A stretch of DNA of 45,698 nt, filler included, from Catajapyx aquilonaris (Eukaryota), in assembly GCA_000934665.2 (NCBI GenBank). It is 2 parts of 2 records of this genome, joined end to end, with 100 filler letters (N's around TTAATTAATTAA, not from the genome) between each part and the next. Parts side by side here need not be neighbours in the genome. Positions count along the whole stretch, not along the records: positions 1 to 22,789 come from JYFJ02005809.1; positions 22,890 to 45,698 come from JYFJ02005810.1. The stretch is one strand, 5' to 3'. Under the pieces are notes generated by a model. The model saw nothing but the letters and a program-made list of their open reading frames with translations. It searched no databases and was not told where the DNA came from. Of the stretch, positions 22,370 to 35,100 are shown piece by piece (within the stretch, counting starts at the first letter, position 1; every line of letters begins with the position of its first letter). Made by a program: the position numbers and the translations under genes.

Positions 22370-22535
22370 CCGTCAAATGGGGTGAAGCTGGCCGCGGTGG
22401 GGTGAACTTGGCCACCATTCCTGAAGTGCCATTGTAATTAATTTATTAATGAAAATAAAAATAACCATCATTAATGACATTTTTGGAAGGGTGGCCAAGT
22501 TCACCTCGGCCGGCCAACGTCACCCCATTTGACGG
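22370..22535. mobile_element. Tc1/mariner-superfamily MITE with TA TSD
   Basis: TA|CCGTCAAATGGGGTGA...TCACCCCATTTGACGG|TA; absent in copy 1. Confidence 0.8.
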
Positions 22536-22789
22536 TATTTCCTGATTATGGATTATTATTGTTGTTGTTGTTGTTGTTGGGGCCTATTCGGCCATGACTC
22601 ATACCTTTAGTCTAAACTGCAGCCACTAGTGTGAATGGCCCTGCCGAGTCCGAAAGACCGACGACGACCTTTGACATCGACGATGAGGATCGATGTTGTA
22701 GTGTGGTAAGTAACAAGCACTTGAGATGTAATAATCACTGAGATGTATTAATCACTACTTGATACACTTGGATATTGGCGGAGGGATGT

Positions 22790-22889
22790 NNNNNNNNNNN
22801 NNNNNNNNNNNNNNNNNNNNNNNNNNNNNNNNNTTAATTAATTAANNNNNNNNNNNNNNNNNNNNNNNNNNNNNNNNNNNNNNNNNNNN
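22790..22889. other. Artificial assembly spacer
   Basis: Exactly 44 N + TTAATTAATTAA (22834-22845; stop codons in all six frames) + 44 N. Confidence 0.95.
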
Positions 22890-23176
22890 TGGAGAGTAAA
22901 CAAAGGTTCTGTTGTTGTCATGTTATGGCGTATCACGTCGTTGTTTGCTTACGATGACGCGATATGCCATAACCTGGCAACAACTGTGCGCCATCTATCA
23001 ACAAAACAGTCCGCTCGCCTAGCGCCTCTCGCGTGACGCGTCTGAGCGCACCCGTTCCTTGTCTATGAACCCCCTCTAGATGGCGTTTCCGGACACGGGT
23101 TCCTATGTCAAAAATACTTGTCTTGGTCCCCTCTATTACCCCTACAAGTTCGTCGATTGAATTCATTTACACCCTG
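22890..23176. mobile_element. Right half of a CAGGGTG-terminated MITE, same family as 30345-30910
   Basis: Near-identical to about 30640-30910; ends CACCCTG|TA; cut by the gap. Confidence 0.75.
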
Positions 23177-24912
23177 TATAGCACGGTTCAGCCCCATCTT
23201 GTGCATGAATAGAGAGTGAAACCAATGGTGCCAGATCCAGTGATTTTCCCCTAAGGTGCTATTTTTAAACCCCTACCCAAAAAGTGCATATTCCAGCGGG
23301 AGACTTACGGTTAACCTTGGACACCACTTTCGCGGACTGGCAGGTCCAAAGACGTATGTGGCCTGCACTTTGCCCACCCTTGCCCTAATAGTCCAGGTGC
23401 TAAGGGACAAAGGACATGGGTTAAATCCTTATGGAAGTGCCCCCAGTTGGATTTGGCTGAAACTTGGTCAGTTAATAGACCTTGTCCTCAGGGTCAATTG
23501 TTCTGAAGGCCGAAGAAAATCTACTGTGCCGTTAGGCCGCTAGAGGCGCTGAAAGTTGGAATTTCAAAGTTGTCCGATCTTGGTGGAAATGACGCACACT
23601 GTAGAGTTCGATTAGCTGAGTCGAATGCGCCATGGGATAATTTTCTCTTACAAACCATTTGACCGCGATACGGATAAATTAGACTTCAACATCGGGTCTT
23701 TTACTGGGACTGTAAGGGTGGATTACAAAGACGGAGTTTAAACAACGGCTCAATTAGATCGCAGTTTAAACCAGGGTTCCATTTGTAAAGACGGGGATTA
23801 GCCTCGAGACTGGGTTTAAACCGCGGTCTAACTCAGACCACCTTCGAGGGTGGTTTAAACTGGGTTCAGACTGCAAAATGAAGTCGGATTGGCTCGATTC
23901 CGACCGTGATCTTTGCCTTCTGCAGCAATTGATGAGTCAACCGGCTCGCTGTAGTGTTGTGCACCTCCGGATTTTGCATCGACCCTATGTAGGCCTACTA
24001 TACTGTACTATACAAATATACACTACAATACACCTCATAGTGCTGGTCATATAAGAACCGCCAGGTTGAGGAAACCTATGACATTGATTGAAGTAGCCTA
24101 CAATAAAATATTATGTGTTGGGTTCCATGTTTCATGTGTATGTATTCATCTACTTCCAGAGTACCCAATAAGGACCATTATCTTGCATGTAGCCTGCGAT
24201 ACACTTTTATGTTGAGGCTATTATAGGCCACAATGACCCACCCCGGTGGAGGGCACTATCATGGTGTTGCCATATCTAACAGAATGTGGAACATGTGTTT
24301 ATATTTGAATAGGGAGCTTGGATTCGGTGATGAAGACGTGAAACTCGATACAATTGTTCTTTGAACACTTAACATATCTGGATGTGGGGCCACAATGACC
24401 GACCCTGCTGGATGCCACTATCGCTATATTGCACATTCCGTTGGATATGGCAACTTCGCGAGAGTGCCCTCCATCGAGGTGGGTCATCATGCCCCCACAT
24501 CCAGACATGTTCAGAACTGTCTCAAGACCAATTGTGGCGAATTTCATGTTTTTGTCACCCAATACAAGGTCCTAAAAGGATGCTGCATCAGGTAGTTATG
24601 GCAACCCTGCGAAAGTGACCTCCACCGGGGTGGGTCATCATGGCCCCACGTCCAGATATGATCAGAAGTGTCCAAAGAACGAGTGTACCGAGTTTCACAC
24701 TTTTGTCACAAAATGCAAAGTTCAACCCCTTAGCACCCGGACTGTAAGGCGATTTGAATTACCTCTGTAGGAGGGGAGGGTGAATATAGCCATACAGGAA
24801 GTGGTACTACATCTTTTCGTTTTTTTCTAGGATTGACATTCCAACCTGCCATCCCTGCTTTATGCTTCTGACAATTGAAGTGAACTTTTATAAATGTATG
24901 GTTACTTTTTAG

Positions 24913-26074
24913 GAGTTTTGTTGCAAAGGCCAAGTCATATTTGATGCTTGTCAAATGGTCGATCGGTGTAACCCTAATCCATGTGAGCATGGAGGTGTCT
25001 GCAAACAAGATTCAAAAGAGTTTTACTGCGACTGCACAGGTACTGGCTATGCAGGAGCCATCTGTCACACATGTAAGTGATTGTGAAATATTTCAATAGT
25101 TTGGAGATGATTTATTCAACTGAATTTCCAGCTCTTAGTGCTCTTTCTTGTGAAGCCTATAAGAATGTCAACCAGGGAAGCCAGAAAGCTGAGATCAAGA
25201 TAGATGTAGATGGTAGTGGACCATTGCAGGCATTTCCTGTGACTTGTGAATTTTACAGTAAGCATCAATCTAATCTTAGGAACATTATATTTACCTGTGT
25301 ATAAGAACAGACCTTGTCACTAGAAATACATTAGTTCATGGGTCATCAGGGTTACTCGGCAGTACAAAGACTGGTCTATTATCTGAGTGCTCACAAATTT
25401 CCCACTTGCAGCCCAGTCTAAAAATACTATGGTTTGGACACTCACCCTCTTATCATGTGAAGGGGCTGACGGGGTGGTAATGTGATGGGGGGCCACGGCA
25501 GTGCTGTTAAGGTGCTGCAAAACTAACGGTCCCTCTGCACTTAGGTAGAAGCACACGTGGTGTCCGTGGTGTAGGGATATGGGCTATATTTACTCTATGG
25601 CCTAAGTGCATAGGAGCCCCTTAATTTCTCGACAGTTGCGGCGCCTTAACAGCGCTGCTGTGGCCCCCCACCGCATTACCACCCCATCAGCCCCTTTATG
25701 CAGTAAGAGGATGAGTGTCCAGACCTTAGTATTTTACGACCATTGTTTGAGTATTGCGTGTGTAGGAGGGGAAAGACAGAGTTGCACTGCAGTAATGGAT
25801 AGAGATTCTGGGTTCAATCCCAAAGCAGTTTCACTTTCTACCTCATGCGGAGTTCAGTGTCTCATTGGCTTTGTTTCAGGTGGGGTCCTTTGACTAACCA
25901 CCATGAGGAGTGAACTGAACGTACTCATGTCATAGTCGGGCACTTGTACCTTGCACCTTCCCACCCACCACCCTGTCTTTGCCTGTGAGCCTGGGAATCA
26001 CAATGTTAAAGGGCTCCAAGTTGTAAGAATATAATAATAAATACCCCAAAGTCAGTATGCACACACTAATGATG

Positions 26075-26122
<48 letters not shown>

Positions 26123-29100
26123 GTGTTAGTCAAGTCTAAATATGTTTTGACACCGTTTCACCTTCACCAACAACGAAACGCACCTCCCACCCCCGCCCGC
26201 CTCCCGAGACCCGGACCATGCGGCCAAGGGACCACGACCGTAACCGGTGATCACAGTGTTGTGGATTCCGAAATATCGCAAATAAACAACCACGGTAACC
26301 TGGCAACGCCCAGGATAGCCAATACATAAACACATAAGCGCATAAACAGTCATGACAATCTTTTTGCGTGTCATAGTACACATGTATTTTAAGGATCTGG
26401 CGGATGATCCAGTGGCTGTTTGAGTCTGTTATAACTGAAAGTTCGTTATAACCGAGGATGTTATATCCAGAGTCAACTCTGATGGCAGTCATTGTTGCCA
26501 TGGTTGTCATGGCAACCAGTTGCCATGTAACTTCGTTTTAAATTTATGAATTCATTAAAATACAGTTCAACAAAATGCAGTAAAACTTCTATAAGTCGAA
26601 TCTCCATGGGAACGGGAAAAAACTTCGAGTTACAGAAGATTCGAGTTAGAGAAGCTTGGATTTTTTTAAAGCACGTAACTCTATAAGGAAGCCTACCTTT
26701 ATATCCAGCGACGAAAGAAAACTCAAGAATAACTGTCACTATCACACTTACAATGTTCCTAGTTGTTTTGTTGCAAAAGAAATCTCCGTGATGGACATTT
26801 GCCTATACTCTTAGATTCGAGGATTCAATTGTCACAATCGAGTCAAACACTTCTTTCGGTACGTCTGGTAGACGGAGATGAGGAAATTGAGCCTTTCTGT
26901 ACACGTGGCCTACTCTCGACCCTTCGGCTGGGAAATGAAAAAATATTTTCCGTACTCGCCAACATGAACTTGGACTTAGGGAGACTGAGAATGCATTGAT
27001 ATCCCATCGTAAGGCCCTGCCTGCACTTCGAGTTATGGAGAACTTCGAGTTATAGAAATTCGAGTTAGGGAAGTTTATTTCCTATTCTTTTACATTGTGG
27101 CCAACCAAGATCATCATTTTCTTCGACTTGTAGAGAACTCCGACTAAGGGATGTTCCACATAGAAGTTTTACTGTATACAAAATCCACAGGCATCCTTGT
27201 CCAAATCTGGGTGCATTTGCCTCTTGTGTTCCCCAAAGGGGACACCAGGTTTCAGCCCCATTCTCAGACAAGGAAAGTAACAAATATCCTTTTGTTTCCG
27301 CATCGACATCATCATTAATACGAGGGGCGGTCATAAAGTTCTTACAATCACCTTGAAAGAAGAGAGTCACGGGCTAGTGCAGCTATTGCGTGGTCAGTCC
27401 TTTTCCACATATGCGCCATGCAAGGTAACACACTTCTCCCATCGATGGATGATCTGTCAGAGACTTTCGTTGAAGAAGCCTCCATTTGGCAGCTGAGGAT
27501 GTGTTCCACCGCATTGATGACCTCCCCATCGTCCTGCAAGTGGTGTTCCCGCAGTGGATTCTTCAGCCGTGGGAAGAGGAAGAAGTCACGAGGCGCTAGG
27601 TCGGCTGAGTTGGGTGGATGAGTCAGTATTTCATAGCAAAGACTGCCCCAAAGCATCACAGTCTTCTGCATCAAATGAGCCAGGCATTGCCATGCAGCAA
27701 CCGAACATCTTTGGACACTTTTCCGTGCCTCTGGGCCTGATGGCGTCTCGCAGCTTTTTCAGCAGGTCCCATCAGTATGCCCTTGTGATTGTGTGGCCCT
27801 TCCTGGCACAGTCGGTCAACAGAACTCCTTCACAGTCCCAAAAGACACTGCGCATGACCTTCCCAGACGATGGCCGTGTCCTGGCTTTCTTGGGAGGTGG
27901 GGAGTAAGTGTGTTTACACCGCCGGCTCTGGGACTTGGTCTCACGGTCGTAATGATACACCGAGCATTTGTCCATGGTGACCAAGCGGGCGAAAAAGTCG
28001 TCCTCATCTGCCCAACACAGATCCAAAAGCGCGGCAGCTGCGTCCCTGTGGCACTGTTTTTGAAAGGGTGTGAGGAGTCATGGCACCCACCGTGCGGAGA
28101 CCTTTAACATGTGCAGAACCTCATTAGGGATGTTGCAAATAGTGCCGTGGCTTATCTTGACCTTGTGCATGACCCTGTTCGACTGTGATGAGTTGGTCTT
28201 CCATGACCAGGGCTCGATTTGTGGCTCGTCACTGACAGAGGGATTCCCACTGCAGGTGTCGTCTTCCAGGCTCGTCTGGCCACAATTGAAATGTCGCTGC
28301 CACTTGGCGACTGTCTCATAGGATAGGTCGATAGGGCATTGTCCCCATACACATCCACCAACTCGGCATGGATTTCTTTGGCATTCTTCCCCTTCAAAAA
28401 TAAAAATATAATCACACCAAGCAGCTTGACTTTTCCTGCTGCATGCGCCATCTTGAATTCTCTGCTCTGGTGGTGGACTGGAAAACAACAGTGTGCGATT
28501 CTCTGCGCCTGCGTACATTAGAGACGTGCTTACACCCCAGCAGCAAAAATACACCACAGAAGCAAATATTTGCCTCTGCCCGCAGTCATTCGTGGTGATT
28601 GTAAGAACTTGATGACCGCCCCTCATAAGTTTCCTAAGTATTACAAACATTAAATAACTCATAACACTAATCAATCTGTGAGAATTAATTACTAATCATC
28701 TTCGGAACATGAAGGTGCACCCACTTTTTACCGCGTGAAAATTCAAACCCCTGTAGTTTAAAAATCTGAAGCAACACTGAGCAAGTTTGAACATGCATCA
28801 TTAGGTTTGAGTCTATTGAAGGACCCGTGACTACTGTTGTGTCTTTAGCACAGTGGTTCCCAACATTTAGTGGCGTTCAGACGAGGCCACTTGGTTGCAG
28901 CAACGTGGCTGCAACCTGAAATACACGGAGAGAATAGGAACCTGGTTGCAGCCCCCGGTTGCAGAAAAGTTGTAGTATTTTTTGGGTTGCTGCAACTTCC
29001 TATTCTCTCAGTGTATTTCAGGTCGCATGAAACCAGGTTGCAGCCACGTTGCCTGGTCTGAACGCTGCTTTTTCAGGGTGCAACCCCCATTTATGATAGT

Positions 29101-32100
29101 CAAGTAACCTGCCTCTCTCCTCCCTCCACCCCTCCAAGTGTTAGTAGGTGTTGAAAAAAACCCTCTGCAATGAAATTTCCTACAAATTGTTTGCGATTAA
29201 AATAAAAACAGTACTTTTTCCATTTATAAAAATTACTGCGGCCACGCGTGACCCTCAGACTGCTTTAGCATAAGATGAACTAATGCAAGAAAATAAAATG
29301 GGGTGTGGACTGTAATTCGAGACAGACTTCTAGGGTGTGGAGGGGCTGCCTCGCAAAGCAATTTGAGATGGGAAACCCATGGCCGGAAACCCATCCCTAC
29401 GGCGCTACAGGACCTCCAAGGCCCCTCATCATCTCATTGTTGTAACAATTGTTCAATGAAGGAATGAAGTTGTTTATGACAACTAGACAATGAGCACAAT
29501 GGAAAACCACAATAATGGGATGACAATGGGCCTTGGTGACCCTGTAGCACCGATGGGATGAGTTTCCAGCCATGGGTGTCCTATCTCATATTGCTTCCCT
29601 AGACAGCTCCTGCATCGATCTGCAGAAGATGTGCAAATGATTGAATGTGTGTTGTTACTTTTCAAAGTGTAATAATTTCATGCCACTGCAGCTGATGGGA
29701 GGATCGTTTCCTTGATACATCATAAAAATGAACAAACAACGTTGGTGGATGGATTTGATGCACCGGGTAGTTTCATTCAGGTATGCTTATTTAGATGTAA
29801 TGGACCTTGAAGATGTGTCATAGGAATGATTTTGTTTAACCTATTTTTCAGGATATTAGTTATGATGCCAACATGGACCAAATAGAAGCATTTATCAACA
29901 GATCATACACTTGTCGACAATCCATCAAGTACGACTGCATGGGTGCACGTCTATTTAATTCACCTGGTAATGTATGGAAGATTTTAGATTGTGATGACAC
30001 TTATCAATGAAACTTAACATCTTACAGTGAGAGAAACTAGTGAATTTCGACCCTTCTCGTGGTGGGTTTCACGCCATAACCAAAAGATGGATTACTGGGG
30101 TGGATCTCTGCCAGGCTCACGGAAATGCGAATGTGGATTGTTAGGGCAGTGCGATGACCCATCAAAGTGGTGCAACTGTGATTCAGGTAAGAAACAGGTA
30201 TGGGAAATGCTACCACCATATGTAAAAGAGAGAGCTCATCCTGGAATATGTGGTGGTCTAGAAGGATGGTTCTCAAAAGTATGGTAAATGTGTCACAAAA
30301 CCTTGTGGGCCATGAACTGATCACAAATGCAAGGGTTCAGTATACAGGGTGGTTCCTGTAACTACTATGTAAAGACTTGCAGGAGTAATAGAGGGGACCA
30401 AGACAAGTATTTTTTGGCATAGGAACCCATGTCCGGAAACGCCATCTAGAGGGGGTTCATAGACAAGGAACGGGTGCGCTCAGACGCGTCACGCGGGAGG
30501 CGCTAGGCGAGCGGACTGTTTTGTTGATAGATGGCGCTCGGATAGTAACCAACGATACGATGTGCCATAACGTGGCAACAGCAGAGTCATCTAGCAACTA
30601 AAGTCCACCTCCTAGGAGACGCGCGGATAGTCAACAGCGGTTCTGTTGTTGCCAAGTTATGGCGTGTCGTGTTGTTGTTTACTTACAACGACGCGATACG
30701 CCATACCCTGGCAACACCTGCGTGCCATCTATCAACAAAAGAGTCCGCTCTCCTAGCGCCTCCCGCGTGACGCGTCTGAGCGCACCCGTTCCTTGTCTAT
30801 GAACCCCCTCTAGATGGCGTTTCCGGACACGGGTTCCTATGTGAAAAATGTTTGTCTTGGTCCCCTCTATTACCCCTAGAAGTTTGTAAAGTTAGGTCGT
30901 AAATACCCTGTATAATATTGGCAAATGATTGGCAAATGAAGTGGCGTAGAACGTGTACTTCCTCTGCACGTGACGCAGAACTTGACAGAGAGAAAAAAAA
31001 TCCTCCAAAGTTTTACCTAAGCATGGCAAATTGCAATGAAAGCCCGGAAAATTCGCCCAAATCTGGGTTCTTTACCGCGAAAGCATCCAGAAATGTTATT
31101 TTCACCTACTTATAGTGTTTTTTCTAGAAGTTCTTAAATTTCATGGCAAATTTTTGGTACACCCTGTATGTCTAGGTTCAAAATAACCTAAAAATTGAAA
31201 TCAGCAACCCCTAAAACATGGGAGACAGGTGTGTTACATACTTAGACGGTTTAGTTGAGGAGCTATCATATTCGATTGTGTTTTTTCTGATATCAAACAC
31301 TCTGTGCCGTCTCCATCTTTATGCTCGCGGGAGTACCTCACCATTTTGCCAGGCATGGTGTCCTGCATTCAGCGGAACATGAAAACCTGCGTACAGTTAA
31401 GATTTGATATTGATGAGAACCATTTTGAAAATCTATTGTAGCTTTTACCCGTGGAATTATTTCTTATTGCATTTGCCCATTGATGCGGGACTTGTCGTCC
31501 ACCCTCTACATAACAGACCCATTTACGCACCTGATTGGTTCACGTGGCATAGTCAGATACTTACGAGGTGAATCCAGCCCATCTACACCCCGGGGCCCAA
31601 AAGAGGGGCCTTCTTATCACTCTTATGTCACCCGTCCACGGCAGACCGCCTTGGACGCCTCGTGCAATCCTCTGGTTCACGTGGCAGGGGTATCAAAGCA
31701 CCTTTCGTTCTGTCCCGGATTATCGATTGTTTGCAATGTTTTGCCAACATGTCAGGAATTCACTCACTTGCATTGCTAAGGTGTGGACAAACACTCGATC
31801 AGCAGACTTTGGATCTCTTTGTTTAACTAATGCTTTTGATCCCACCTTAGCTTCTTTCTGAGTTTTGGTCACTAGAGGGAATAAAATGAAACCAAGTTCA
31901 TGGCCTTCAAGTTTCTAGAATAATATACAATAGCTGCTCAAGTGGAGGAGGTCATAGACGAAATATTGAGAATGAATTTCCTTGTCTTTTAATAGGTTTT
32001 GATTCAAAACTATCTGATGGTGGAGAGTTAACGGACATGGAGTACCTTCCTGTGCGGCAGTTGCGATTTGGTGACACTGGCAACCCATTCGATCATAAAA

Positions 32101-35100
32101 AAGGATGGTATACGTTAGGACCTTTAAGGTGTGAAGGAGATGGTAAGTGTCAGACAACTTCCAGTTTCTGTGGAAATATGCTTTAAGGTAGTACTATTAC
32201 AGCGCCCCCCCCCCACGCACTGCCCCTGATCATTTTAATTCCTTTGCCCTCGGACAGTGACGTGCAAAATGTTCGCTCTCCAGTGACGGGGGCACTTTTT
32301 GTGACCGAGACATATTTTTTGTTATATCTGGCGAAATATAGCACATTCGGGCTTCACCTTTGAGACAATCATAGTGTGATTCCTTCTACGACAAGTAGTG
32401 TTTAGTTTACATTTTTTGAGCAAATAGTGCGATCAGAAAAAAAATCTGAAAGAAAATCAGTCTGGCCCAACTCCCGGGGGTAAGGGGATTCCACCCCTTG
32501 GCGGCCTGGGATGCCACCGGGAGCCGCCCGACCTGTTCTTGGTCGGGCCCCAACTACGCATTGCTGCCAAATTTATTTTTTCCTGGTCGTGCTATTTGCT
32601 CAAAAAATTTAAACTAAACGTCATTCATCACAGAAATAGTCAAACGAAAATGTGAATGTCCTAAATTTTTCAAGTTATAGCAAAAAAAGTGTCGATGGTC
32701 ACAAAAAGTGCCCTTGTCACCGTCCGAGGGTTAGTCATCCTTAGAATGCAGTATACAGAGGCACTATAATAGCATCCCTCCAATCCCTAGGAACTACACA
32801 TTATCAAAAGAAACCCTACATAAATTAGCAAAAAAATTACCTACATCATCCCCGCCACACCTCACCGTTTCTTCAGTAACAACCCCAGGGGATTTGCCTA
32901 GTACCCTAGTTTAAGTTCTAAAGCAGCAGCTGCAACTTCCTTTTTACTAATATCCCCACAACCATCATTACTTGGTACATCATCCCCAATTAAGCTTAGA
33001 TACATCAACACTAGCCTTATCCCTTGCTGACAGCAAGTCCTTAAAATACTCTCCCCACCGTAGGCAACTTCATATACGAGGTACAGTGCAGGACACATTA
33101 GCCGTCGCTGAATGATTTTTTTTCCGTCGGCGACGGCGCTGCGTTACCTGGCAACCCCGTCCGGTGGGCCAATTCAAACATCAGTATATATGGAGAGCGC
33201 TTATAGTGTCCTTTCCATTGTTGCCACTGTTTACAAATCGAGTGAGTGACGCCGATGCCCCAGCGACAGGTCTCTTCTGCCTCCTTACACATAAGTAGCA
33301 AGGGATACGCAGGAAAAACCGGGAAAATAATGATGTTAGGAGCAAACCAACGTTGGGGAAATTATCCCTGGACTCAAAGAAAGGTTTTCGTCCACAGCAC
33401 ACGAAATATATTCCACCCCTGAGGAGGGGGTGTCAATGATTAAGATCAGGGGTGTAGTGCTAATTGAAAGTGCTTCAACTGACGTACGGATTCTTTCGGT
33501 TTTTGTGTCTTTTCCGCGTACTTCGACACCTATAAGACGAATGGAGACCATGCCCCGTATGCCTGACACCACGTCAGTCTCGTAATTTGTCCCCAAAGGC
33601 GTCATATCTCAAAATGGCTTCCGCTGTTCCGCATATACGAGTACGTGTCGTTCGCGTCACATTTGCGCCAGGAAGGGAAATTACACGACTAACGCTTGTT
33701 GCAGGTGTTCATATTATTGTGTCCAACCCCTGTACGTGTCATGTTAGTCGTGTATCTCTTCCTGGCGCGAATATAACGTGAACGACACGTACTCGTATAT
33801 GCAGAACAGCGGAAGCCATTTTGAGATATGACGTCTTTGGGGACAAATTACGAGACTGATGTGGTGTCTGACATACGGGGCATGGTCTCGATTCGTCTTA
33901 CAGGTGTCGAAGTATGTGGAAAAGACACAAAAACCAAAAGAATCTGTACGTCAGTTGAAGCACTTTCAATTAGCACTACACCCCTGATCTTAATCATTGA
34001 CACCCCCTCCTCAGGGGTGGAATATATTTCGTGTGCTGTGGACGAAAACCTTTCTTTGAGTCCAGGGATAATCTTCCCAACGTGGTTTGCTTCCAACATC
34101 ATTATTTTCCCGTTTTCTTCTGCGTATCCCTGCAGATACAGTGTAAGCAGGCAGAAGAGACCCGTCGCTGGGTCCCCGCGTCACTCACTCGATTTGTAAA
34201 CAGTGGCAACAATGGAAGCACCACGGAGCACTCTCCACATTCCGATGTTTGAATTGGCCCGCCGGACGGGGTTGCCAGGTAACGCAGCGCCGTCGACGAC
34301 CGAAAAAAAACATTCAGCGATGGCTAATGTGTCCTGCACTGTAGGTGTCAAAAGTTTCCTGCCTGGCTATGTTCCAGGAGTGATAGAAATAAAACAACTA
34401 TACAGGGTGTACCAGAGTCATGGTCAAGCGCGCGCGAGGGGGTGGGGAAAAATGGTAGATGGCGACTACCCGGGTCGGTTTTATAAAGCAATTAGAAATA
34501 AGGGAGTAATCGATTTATTTATTACGGCCTACCGCGTGACGTCACATCCTTTCTGTATTCGAATTGACCCCCGCGGACTGGCAAATGCAAGGCAAATGCT
34601 TTCGGTTGAACCTAGATGAACGGGTTTTTAGCCTTGCGGGTTGCACTGAAAAAGGCGCTCTCATGCTACACCGGCAGGGTACTGTGCAACGTAGTGTACT
34701 ACTGTACAGTGGTGTGTTCCGTACCCTGCCGGTCGTGTAGCATGAGAGCGCCTTTTTCAGTGCAACCTGCAAGGCTAAAAACCTGCACAACCCGGTTCAA
34801 CCGAATGCATTTGCCTTGCATTTTCCAGTCCGCGGGGGTCAATTCGAATACAGAAATGATGTGACGTCACGCCCTACGGCCGTAATAAATAAATTGATTA
34901 CTGCCGTATTTCTAATTGTTTTATAAAACAGACCCGGGTTGTCGCCACCTACGATTTTTCCCCACCCCCTCGCGCTCGCTTGACCCATGACTCTGATACA
35001 CCCTGTAGTGTCAGGTAGTCCCAACTATGAGCAGAGGAATGTACAAGTTTCACCCAGCAACGTCAGTCAGTCTCCCAGAAAAGTCAGCTTTAGTCAGACG

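Noticed and set aside
25930..26133. Poly-His ORF
   Set aside because: Translation of a (TGA)n microsatellite.
33336..34199. Pair of near-identical ORFs on opposite strands (MTPLGTNYETD / MTSLGTNYETD)
   Set aside because: Mirror images produced by the palindromic MITE; no domain signal.
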